From a bacterium HR11 (lineage in GTDB: Bacteria; Acidobacteriota; HRBIN11), in assembly GCA_002898535.1 (NCBI GenBank), contig BEHN01000007.1:4946-68945 (forward strand): a stretch of DNA of 64,000 nucleotides, written 5' to 3'. Below are positions 9,072-16,623 of this stretch, piece after piece; the stretch's first letter is position 1; each line of letters opens with the position of its first letter. The position numbers and the translations under genes are program-made. The notes under the pieces are model-generated. The model had not been told where the DNA came from. It ran no database searches and worked only from the letters and a program-made list of their open reading frames with translations.

Positions 9072-10385
9072 CTACGGTTCCCCGACCAGCGCCTCCAGCC
9101 GGGCCCGGGCCTGGTAAAAAGCCTTCAACTGACGGGCCGTCTCGACCTCGGCCGCCAGGAGGGCCTGCCAGGTCTCCAGGACCTGAATGAACGTCAGCTT
9201 GCCGACCCGGTACGTCGCCAGGCCGCTGTCGAGGGTCGTCCGGAGCTGGGGCAGGAGCGTGGAATGATAAAGGCGCCACACCTGGACGGCCGTCGTCGCC
9301 TGGAGATAGGCTTCTCGAATGCGCTGGGCCACGTCGAGCCAGCGGGCCTGCAACATGGCCTCGTCGGCGGCCTTCATCTGGAGGGCCTCCTCGATGCGGG
9401 GGACCTCCTTCCGCTTGAAAAACACCGGAATCTCCAGGCCGACGCGGATCTCGTACAGGGGTGGCAGACCGCCTCGGTGGAAGTAGCCGGCCATCAGCGT
9501 CAGGTCCGGATACAGGTCCCGCCGCATGCGGGCGACCATCTGATCGTCCCGCTCTAACATGGTCCGGGCTTCCTGAAGCTCCGGATTCCGGGCCTGGGCC
9601 TGTTCGTAAAGGACCGCCTCGGGTGGCAGAGGCGCCGGGTCGTCGGCTTCGGCCGCCGCGGCGGCCTTCTCGGTCCCCGGCGGCGGTAGCTCGACCGGGA
9701 CCGTCCACGGGCTTCGGGGTTCCCGTCCCAGGAGGGCGTTCAACTGGGCGATGACCTCACCCCGCATCCGTTCCAGGTCCAGGAGTTCGGACTGCAGGTG
9801 GGTCAGCTCCGACTGGACCCGGAGGACGCTCTGCTGACTTTCCTGCCCCGTCACATACAGGGCCTGGGCGCCGGCCTGGAGGACCTGGAGGATGCGCTGA
9901 CTCTGAAGCAGGACCTCCCGCCACCGGTTCAGGAAGGCCAGCTCGTAGTACCGGTCCTTCAGCTGACGGATGAGCTCGACCTCGACGGCCCGCAGGCGGG
10001 CCTCCCGGACGGCGACCTCCCGTCGGGCAACTTCCTGGCTCAGACGGAGCTTGCCGGGAAAGGACAGGCCCTGCACGAGGCCGATGCCCTGCTGGGCCAT
10101 CTCCTCCCGCCCCAGCTCGGCGCCCGGGACGGGCCGGCCGACGCTCATCCCGCCGACGGTGATCATCGGGTTCGGGAGCGTCCCGGCCGGAGCGACCCTC
10201 TGCCGGGCCGCCGCAATCTCGGCCCGCAGTTGCCGGAGCGTCGGGTTCTGCGCCCGAAGCTCCTCGACCAGAGGCGCCAGGGGGTCCACCGGGTCTGGCG
10301 CGGCCCAGGCCGCGCCGCCGGCCCCAGAGGTCCAACTGATTAGTAAGGCGATGAGGACTGAAGCTCCTCGGGCCATCGTCGCCAA
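9072..10385 (-). CDS. cusC: TolC-like outer membrane efflux protein (outer membrane factor family, CusC-like)
   Basis: 437 aa with a signal peptide. Two tandem OEP-like coiled-coil/beta-barrel repeats (LRAEIAAARQRVA..., ELTHLQSELLDLERMRGE...). It is first in the operon with cusB and cusA. Confidence 0.8.
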   Translation of the reverse strand: MATMARGASVLIALLISWTSGAGGAAWAAPDPVDPLAPLVEELRAQNPTLRQLRAEIAAARQRVAPAGTLPNPMITVGGMSVGRPVPGAELGREEMAQQGIGLVQGLSFPGKLRLSQEVARREVAVREARLRAVEVELIRQLKDRYYELAFLNRWREVLLQSQRILQVLQAGAQALYVTGQESQQSVLRVQSELTHLQSELLDLERMRGEVIAQLNALLGREPRSPWTVPVELPPPGTEKAAAAAEADDPAPLPPEAVLYEQAQARNPELQEARTMLERDDQMVARMRRDLYPDLTLMAGYFHRGGLPPLYEIRVGLEIPVFFKRKEVPRIEEALQMKAADEAMLQARWLDVAQRIREAYLQATTAVQVWRLYHSTLLPQLRTTLDSGLATYRVGKLTFIQVLETWQALLAAEVETARQLKAFYQARARLEALVGEP

Positions 10386-10484
10386 CTCCGTAGTGCTGTG
10401 GTAGCGTGAATTTTCGGGACTCGGCGCTGGGTGTTGGGTATAAGACCCGAACCTCGGAAATTCATGTTAACGGGGCAGTTCAGT

Positions 10485-10571
10485 TCTGAGAGGCGGATGG
10501 ATTCGGCTTTTCCGATTGGGCCACGGAAAAGGTTAATCCAACGCTATTCTCACGGGCCCAACCGCTCTGTG
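10485..10571. mobile_element. partial/degenerate copy of MITE family A (one arm)
   Basis: GGATGGATTCGGCTTTTCCGATTGGGCCACGGAAAAGG...CTATTCTCACGGGCCCAACCGCTCTGTGA resembles the family-A arm. Confidence 0.4.
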
Positions 10572-10574
10572 ATG

Positions 10575-11230
10575 GGACGTAGCGGAAATGCAAGGGGTAG
10601 ACTCGACCCCTCGGGGACCCCAACGAAGGATGGATTCGACAGGCGAGAGACTAACAGCGGAGTTGGCAGGCCCATCGGTATAAGGGGACCGAAGGCATCC
10701 GGGTCAGATTCAGGCTATCGTCGTGAGACGAACCGGCGTCCACAGGAGGTTCGAGGTCATTCACGCCGGTAGCCGTACCGGCCCGGTGAAGGAGGTCCGA
10801 AGGACCGGACGACTTCCCAGGGAACAGGGTCAGCGAAGCCGGCAGGGGCTCCAGACAAGTGCCGCCGGCGGTCGCCGGCACCGGAGAATGGCAAGGACCC
10901 GTCGGCGGGGGGTCTTCAGGGGTCCTCGGGACGTCGAGGCGAAAGCCTTCGGCGGGCGTCTCACAACATGTATGGGAAGCCGCCTGGGCCCTCACGTGTC
11001 GGCACGTCCACAAGGAGACCCCACACACAGCCGGGACCATGCCCATCAACCATCCTAACGTCCACAAGGTGGCCCCTATCCGCCGACCTCGCAAGGCAAA
11101 CCTCCACTTGTCCGTTCGGTCTCAGCGACGTCCCTTTTCCTACTTCGTCACTCCATCGCTCTAAAATACGCCGGTCCGGGTGCTGACGCAACCACGGATT
11201 CGCTACTTCCGGATACCGAAGGCCCGATCG
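10575..11230. other. about 650-nt GC-rich stretch with no credible protein-coding potential; candidate structured ncRNA or decayed gene
   Basis: The only ORFs here are short Arg/Gly/Pro-rich overlapping frames on both strands. Several tight hairpins with GNRA-like loops are present (GGUCCGAAGGACC, GAGGCGAAAGCCUUC). No RNase P, tmRNA 3' end or tRNA signature was found. Confidence 0.25.
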
Positions 11231-11357
11231 GGGTGACCGCCCATCCCTTGGGCCGTGATCGACCGGGGCCTAACCCTGGGGCGGACCCTCCGAACGCCAC
11301 CAGTCACGGGGGCGTCCCCCTGTCCCCGGGCGCCGCCGGTCCCGGCGGTGGCATCTA

Positions 11358-11808
11358 TTCGGCAGATGGGCAGTCGGCAGGTCGGCAGGTCGGGCGACGG
11401 GCGTCTATCCTCGGAACACCGGCCGTCATGCCGGTGCCTTCCGTTCGGTTCGGGAGAATGGCGTCGGGACGGCCTTTTCCATCGCCCGGCAAGCACGATG
11501 TTTCACAAAGGGACGGAGTGATGGACCATAGACCCCAGACCATAGACCGGCTTGGGCCCAGGGGTCTATGGTCCATGGTCTATGGTCTATGGTCTATGGT
11601 CCGTGGTCCATGGTCTGGGGTCGGATATCGAGGGTCCGATCCCGGTCCCGTCGGATGGATGAGACCGGTTCGATGGAAGGATGATCCCGACCGGCCCGTC
11701 GGCCCAAGACCGTGGCTCGTCCCTCCGTCCCTTCAAAACCGTCCTCCCCGAAGGGTCGAAAAGGTCGAATCCATGCGGGCTTTCACGAACCGAACGGCTT
11801 TAATAAGC
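11358..11808. mobile_element. composite repeat: family-A MITE core and arms with a family-C (GGTCTATGG) palindrome inserted
   Basis: GGCAGATGGGCAGTCGGCAGGTCGGCAGG core at 11358-11400, arm ...GGGAGAATGGCGTCGGGACGGCCTTTTCC..., GACCATAGACC/GGTCTATGGTC palindrome at 11522-11625, and arm ...CCGAAGGGTCGAAAAGGTCGAATCCATGCGGGCTTTCACGAACCGAACGGCTTTAAT at 11735-11808. Confidence 0.5.
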
Positions 11809-12055
11809 GGTCCGCAGATCGGGAGGTTGCACGGCGTGTCGGGGAGTCTAAAATACGGAAGGCGATCAGGGGGCCCGGCCTGCCGGGTTTGGACGTATAG
11901 GCCCCCCGGCCCAGAAGGGGCGACGATACCGGGGGCCGGGGCTCGCGTCTCGGTATCTCACTTCCGGTAGGGTGCAGGCCCCGGCCTTGGAGCGCAGGCG
12001 TCCTCGCCTGGGGGAAGGTAGGCTTCTGGCCTGCGCCGAAGGAGGAGCGTTCTCG

Positions 12056-13399
12056 ATGGTTGAGGCCGCTCAGACGTCTTATACCCACGAGCTGAAGGTC
12101 CAGGACGACTTTCATTTTCAGCTCTTCATCACGGTGCCCTGGCCGGAGGTCGATGCGAAGCTCAACGAGTACGCTCGGGAGCTCCGCCGGATCGTCCCCA
12201 TGCCGGGCTATCGTCCCGGCCGGGCGCCTGTCGAACTCATCCGACGGGTCCTTCGCAAGAGTCTGGAGGAGCGTCTCCGCGACTGGTTCCCCGAAGTCGT
12301 CCGACGGGTCGTTCAAGACCAACAGATGGACGTCGTGACGGACCCCGTCCTGACGGACTATACCTTTATTGAGGGCCAGCCCCTCGTGCTCCAGTGCTGG
12401 GGCACGTTGTGGCCGCCGGTCTCCCTGAAGCCCCTGACGGCGGTGACCCTGCCGGCGGATTTGGAAGCCCGCTGGCAGGCCGAGGAGCGGGCCCGGATCG
12501 ACCAGGAAATCGAGTCTTTGCGGGAGAAGCAGGCTATCCTTCAGCCCGTGACCGACCGGGGCCTTCAAGCCGGGGACACCGTGACCCTGGGGTTGAAAAT
12601 GGAAGACGTGGACACGGGTCAGGCGTATACGAATCCGGACGGTGAGGAGGTCGTCGTGACCTTAGGGAGCCCGGTCCTCCATCCGGCCGTGACGTATCAC
12701 TTAGAGGGCAAGCGTCCGGGCGACACTTTTACGTGGGAGATGGACATCACCCTCCCATGGGAATCGGAGACGTCCGCCCCGACGTCGGACCGACCGGGCC
12801 GCACGCGTCGGGTCCGCCTATCCGGCCGTATCGAAAACGTCTACGCCGTGGAGCTCCCGCCTGTCGAGGACCTCTTGGAACAGGAAGGCTTCGAGTCGCT
12901 CGACGAGTGGCGGGCGGCCCTGCGGGAGCGGCTGGCCGGCCGGCTCGCCGAGGAGCGGGAGGCCTGGCTTCAGGGTGTCCTCGTGGATGCCCTGATCGCC
13001 GAGTCGCCGGCCTGGCCCGACTGGTTAGTCCGTTCCTTCCTCCAGGAGGAGGTCGAGCGGATCGTCCGGAAGCAAATTCGGGCCTACGAACGGCTACACT
13101 TGTGGCTCACGCATCTGGAATCTATCGTCGGCGAGGCCCTATCGTCAGCCCACCGACGGGTCGCCCGGGTCGTCGCCCTGCATCATTTCATTCGGTCCGA
13201 GGGCCTGACCTTGAGTGATGAGGAATTCGACCAGTACCTGGCCGAGGTCGCCCGTCGGGAGAACCGCACGGTCGAATCCCTCCGAGCTTACGTAGAGGCC
13301 GACCCGACGGAGAAGGCCCACGTGTTCCAGCAGGCCCTCTTTCGGAAGGCGACCCACGTCCTGATGGAGCGACTGGGGCTCTCGGGCGGAGCTCCATGA
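12056..13399 (+). CDS. tig: trigger factor
   Basis: Start taken at [15 protein letters not shown]... (M29 of ORF 11972..13399). The Tig N-domain signature [17 protein letters not shown] (GFRxGxxP) is followed by PPIase and C-terminal arm domains. clpP is immediately downstream. Confidence 0.8.
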   Translation: MVEAAQTSYTHELKVQDDFHFQLFITVPWPEVDAKLNEYARELRRIVPMPGYRPGRAPVELIRRVLRKSLEERLRDWFPEVVRRVVQDQQMDVVTDPVLTDYTFIEGQPLVLQCWGTLWPPVSLKPLTAVTLPADLEARWQAEERARIDQEIESLREKQAILQPVTDRGLQAGDTVTLGLKMEDVDTGQAYTNPDGEEVVVTLGSPVLHPAVTYHLEGKRPGDTFTWEMDITLPWESETSAPTSDRPGRTRRVRLSGRIENVYAVELPPVEDLLEQEGFESLDEWRAALRERLAGRLAEEREAWLQGVLVDALIAESPAWPDWLVRSFLQEEVERIVRKQIRAYERLHLWLTHLESIVGEALSSAHRRVARVVALHHFIRSEGLTLSDEEFDQYLAEVARRENRTVESLRAYVEADPTEKAHVFQQALFRKATHVLMERLGLSGGAP

Positions 13400-13429
13400 C
13401 GGGGCCATGGACAGCTCTCGGCATTTCGG

Positions 13430-13676
13430 GAATTCGGGAGTTCGGCAATTCGGCCGTTCGGCCGGTGGGACCGGTCGACCCTTTTTATCCCAGCCCCGCT
13501 CGTTCGAGCGGGGTCCGGAGCTATCCGGCCGTTCGGGAATCCGGGGATTCGGGAATTCGGGAGTTCGGGAGCCCGGGCATGGGGTGGCCGGCCGGGGCGG
13601 GGATGAGGCCTGGAGGCCCGTGCCGGTGGAAAAGGCCGTCTCGACGCCATTCTCACGGGCCGAACGGCTCTGTTAC
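13430..13676. repeat. family B GAATTCGGG palindrome (13430-13572) fused to a family-A MITE arm (13630-13676)
   Basis: CATTTCGGGAATTCGGGAGTTCGGCAATTCGGCCGTTCGG ... CCGTTCGGGAATCCGGGGATTCGGGAATTCGGGAGTTCGGGAGC, then GACGCCATTCTCACGGGCCGAACGGCTCTGTTA. Confidence 0.55.
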
Positions 13677-13716
13677 CCTATCACGACGTCGCGTCGTGAC
13701 GAACCTTGAGGTGAAG

Positions 13717-14334
13717 ATGGAGCTGAAGGGTCAGTTGATCCCCATCGTCATCGAGCAGACTCAACGCGGCGAACGGGCTTATGACATTTACTCCCGCCTC
13801 CTCCGGGACAACATCATCTTCCTGGGCATGCCGATCGACGACAACGTGGCCAACCTCATCGTCGCCCAGATCCTCTTCCTGGAGGCCGAGGACCCCGAAA
13901 AGGACATCCATCTTTACATTAACTCGCCCGGCGGGGCCATCACGTCGGGCCTGGCCATCTACGACACGATGCAGTTTGTCCGACCGGACATCACGACCTA
14001 CTGCGTCGGTCAGGCCGCCAGTATGGCGGCCGTCTTACTGGCGGCGGGCACGAAAGGCAAGCGATACTCGCTTCCCCATTCCCGGGTCATCATCCATCAG
14101 CCGATGGGCGGCATCCAAGGCCAGGCCGTGGACATCGAGATTCATGCCCGGGAGATCCTGCGCATCAAGCAATTGATCGTCGACATCCTGGCCCAGCACA
14201 CGGGTCAAAAGCCCGAGCGCATCGAGGAGGACATCGACCGGGACTTCATCATGACGGCGACCCAGGCCAAGGAGTACGGTATCGTCGACGAGGTCATCTC
14301 CCGACGGGGCAACCAACGGGAGACTCGCAAGTAG
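13717..14334 (+). CDS. clpP: ATP-dependent Clp protease proteolytic subunit
   Basis: 205 aa from [29 protein letters not shown]... RBS GAGGTG lies 5 nt upstream. The catalytic-triad region is GQAASMAA...HQPMGG. The N-terminal 107 codons of ORF 13396..14334 are translated repeat sequence. Confidence 0.9.
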   Translation: MELKGQLIPIVIEQTQRGERAYDIYSRLLRDNIIFLGMPIDDNVANLIVAQILFLEAEDPEKDIHLYINSPGGAITSGLAIYDTMQFVRPDITTYCVGQAASMAAVLLAAGTKGKRYSLPHSRVIIHQPMGGIQGQAVDIEIHAREILRIKQLIVDILAQHTGQKPERIEEDIDRDFIMTATQAKEYGIVDEVISRRGNQRETRK

Positions 14335-14344
14335 ACGTTATTGG

Positions 14345-14559
14345 GCCGAGGGTCCCCAAAGCCCTGGGGCCGCGCCTGGCCCATCCAGGGCTCTATCGGC
14401 CTTGGGCCGACCGGCCCATCGGCCCAAGGCCGGGGCTCGTCCCTTCGTTACTCCGTCATTCCATCCCTTCGTCACACCGTCCCTTTGAAACATCGTGCTT
14501 CCCGGGTGTTGGGAAAGGTCGTCCCGACGCCATTCTCACGGGCCGAACGGCTGTGTTAA
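14345..14559. mobile_element. MITE family A, 5'-truncated copy (sub-variant with GGTCCCCAAAGCCCTGGGGCCGCGCCTGGCCC core); direct repeat of 16171..16453
   Basis: Near-identical over about 215 bp to the right-hand part of the copy at 16171..16453, in the same orientation. It ends GACGCCATTCTCACGGGCCGAACGGCTGTGTTAA. Confidence 0.6.
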
Positions 14560-14677
14560 CAAAGCCGTAGGTCTTGGGTCCTGGGTGTCGGGTTTCCAAA
14601 GGGATCTGACCCTCCCATCTCCTATCGGGCCGCCCCGGGAATTGTCCCCGGCGGTCCGCTCCAGATGCTTTCAGCGT

Positions 14678-16138
14678 TTACAGGGTCCTTTCGCATAATT
14701 GGGGCGGCAGGGGAGCTACATCCTTCCAATACCCGGAGATGGGCTGGAAGCGTTCTTGAGCGACGTCCGGAATCCGGTGAACTTCGACCTTCAAGTCCGT
14801 GATGTCCAGAGGCACGTCCTCCGTATAAACCGGAAGCTCAAATTCCGTCACGCACTGAGGCACAAACGCCTGGCCGGCCGGGTCGGTCTTCATAAGCAGA
14901 AGCCGTTCCCCCCGACCGACGACGCCAAGGATTCCAGCGATAAGGAATCCACCGTCCGAGGTCGGCTGAAGGGATACCAGGTTTACCTCATCCTTGAACC
15001 TATAAAATCGTTGGGCTGCCAAGTAACCCTGGGCGTCAAAGCGCCAAAATCCAGGAGAGGGCGGTTGGAGCGTACCGTCGGGATTCCGGAATTGGGCATT
15101 AAGCAACACGGCTACACCGCCGTCCGGTGTCCCCCGGAAGGTCAGCCTGTCGATGTCTCCATCTATCCAAAAGACCCGGGCCCACCGAATGGTACTCTTG
15201 CCATCCCATTTCAGCAGAAGAAGGACATTCCGGTAATCGGGGTAGTAACCAGATATGAACCCGCCTATTAGGAAGCTCCCGTCCCGCGTTGGCTGAATCC
15301 AGTGGGCCGACTCCGTGAGGTCTCCCCGGATAACCTTCGAATCCAGGACGCGTCCATGGTCATCAACCTGCAATGCCCAAATGTCTCCCCGACCGATACC
15401 GGTACACATCGTATGGCCGATCGCCTGATACCCGCCTTGGGGTGCTACAGTAAGGGTACGAAGGATGTTGCTCGCAAACCGGCAGTCCCGGAATTCTCCC
15501 ACAGGCTGATACACATGGGTCCATATCAAGAAACCCTCTCGGTCGAATCTCGATATCGTAGGACCTTGTCCTACGTACTTAGAGCTGGTATGGCCCAGGA
15601 CCATTAAGCGGTCCTGAGTCGGGGAAGGAACGACCCCAAAGGCCACCGTATTGGGTAAGTTATAAGAATATTGGCCATACAGCCCTAAGGGATAAAACGA
15701 CTTGAGCCAGGGCACCCCCTCGGGACTTCGGAACTGGGCGACCATTTGGTGAACCCTCGTATAGTGACGGACCGTTTGATTGTGGAGCCCAGCCAGCCAC
15801 AGAGTCCCTGGGACTGGTGAATAGGAATCTAATACCATGAAGTAATACGGAATTTGCTTCGCGTATATCACGTTCCCTTTAGTATCGACTCTTAAGATGA
15901 ACGTATGGTAAGGGGAATAGGTACCACCATCTCCCCCAAACACGCCGATGACGTCGTATCGGTCTGGATGCTCCGTCGGCGCAATGTACGGACCGATATA
16001 AGTCTGAGACCGAGCTTCCAATCCGTAGACCCCGACCCATGTCTGGAACCGGACGTCGGCCCCGGCCTTTATAGGGGCCAGACCCCCGACCAGGACCCAT
16101 GCCCCGAGCCATCGTAAGACTTTCCATGCCCGCCGCAT
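14678..16138 (-). CDS. secreted beta-propeller repeat protein (SBBP-like), atypically low GC, likely horizontally acquired
   Basis: 486 aa from MRRAWKVLRWLGAWVLVGGLAPIKAGA (signal peptide). Recurring blade-like motifs: TRDGSFLIGGF, TPDGGVAVLL, TSDGGFLIAGI. Local GC is about 50% versus about 67% for the flanks. The gene is flanked by direct MITE copies. Confidence 0.6.
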   Translation of the reverse strand: MRRAWKVLRWLGAWVLVGGLAPIKAGADVRFQTWVGVYGLEARSQTYIGPYIAPTEHPDRYDVIGVFGGDGGTYSPYHTFILRVDTKGNVIYAKQIPYYFMVLDSYSPVPGTLWLAGLHNQTVRHYTRVHQMVAQFRSPEGVPWLKSFYPLGLYGQYSYNLPNTVAFGVVPSPTQDRLMVLGHTSSKYVGQGPTISRFDREGFLIWTHVYQPVGEFRDCRFASNILRTLTVAPQGGYQAIGHTMCTGIGRGDIWALQVDDHGRVLDSKVIRGDLTESAHWIQPTRDGSFLIGGFISGYYPDYRNVLLLLKWDGKSTIRWARVFWIDGDIDRLTFRGTPDGGVAVLLNAQFRNPDGTLQPPSPGFWRFDAQGYLAAQRFYRFKDEVNLVSLQPTSDGGFLIAGILGVVGRGERLLLMKTDPAGQAFVPQCVTEFELPVYTEDVPLDITDLKVEVHRIPDVAQERFQPISGYWKDVAPLPPQLCERTL

Positions 16139-16170
16139 GGCTCTCTCCGCTTTGTGATAAGCTAATTTAG

Positions 16171-16453
16171 CAGAGCCGTTCGGCCCGTGCAAACCCGTAT
16201 GGATTCAGCCTTTCCGACCCTTCGGGGAGGACGATTTTTCAAGCGAAGGGCCGTTCGGGAGTTCGGCCGAGGGTCCCCAAAGCCCTGGGGCCGCGCCTGG
16301 CCCATCCAGGGCTCTATCGGCCTTGGGCCGACCGGCCCATCGGCCTAAGGCCGGGGCTCGTCCCTCCGTCCCTCCGTCCCTTTGAAACATCGGGCTTCCC
16401 GGGCGTTGGGAAAGGTCGTCCCGACGCCATTCTCACGGGCCGAACGGCTCTGT
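16171..16453. mobile_element. MITE family A, full copy (same sub-variant as 14345..14559)
   Basis: CAGAGCCGTTCGGCCCGTGCAAACCCGTATGGATTCAGCCTTTCCGACCCTTCGGGG... ...GGGAAAGGTCGTCCCGACGCCATTCTCACGGGCCGAACGGCTCTGTG. Confidence 0.65.
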
Positions 16454-16559
16454 GCAAGGATCAGATACTCTATTCGCTTGGCCCTTCGCTCTATGCCCGA
16501 TGCCCCTTCTATTTCCTTCCCCCCGCACTCATGATGGGTCAGACTACAGGGAGGTTGGC

Positions 16560-16600
16560 CTTGTAAGTAGCCTCCGGTATGATATTCCTGTGGAACTTAC
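16560..16600 (+). promoter_or_regulatory. putative sigma-70-like promoter for ppdK (TTGTAA ... TATGATAT)
   Basis: An AT-richer patch, TTGTAAGTAGCCTCCGGTATGATATTCC, lies 30-60 nt upstream of the ppdK start. This is visual only. Confidence 0.25.
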
Positions 16601-16623
16601 TCTCAAGCGACCAGGGGAGCGCC

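Noticed and set aside
10575-11230. Interpreting the ORF-free stretch as tmRNA (because of GGAUUCGACAGG) or RNase P RNA.
   Set aside because: For tmRNA: no tRNA-like 3' end (T-arm GGUUCGAAUCC/...CCACCA) and no plausible tag reading frame ending in a stop within range. For RNase P: neither GGAAAGUCCGGGCUCC nor ACAGAACCCGGCUUA appears on either strand. It is kept only as an unassigned candidate ncRNA.
11233-11970. 245-aa ORF 11233..11970 and similar ORFs whose products contain SIRQMGRSADGQ / MDHRPQTIDR / FTNRTAL peptides (e.g. 1707..2009, 7255..7539, 19372..19665, 25493..25824, 36938..37297).
   Set aside because: They are read-through translations of the MITE-like and heptamer repeat elements. 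The same peptides recur wherever a repeat copy occurs.
13396-14334. N-terminally extended ORFs. Taking the full extent of 13396..14334 for clpP, 21245..24436 for rtcB, 55375..57747 for cheA, 59955..60695 for ribH, 45132..46808 for nuoM or 46691..48328 for nuoN.
   Set aside because: The upstream codons are translated repeats or out-of-frame neighbouring genes. Conserved N-termini and RBS positions place the true starts internally, as listed in the features.
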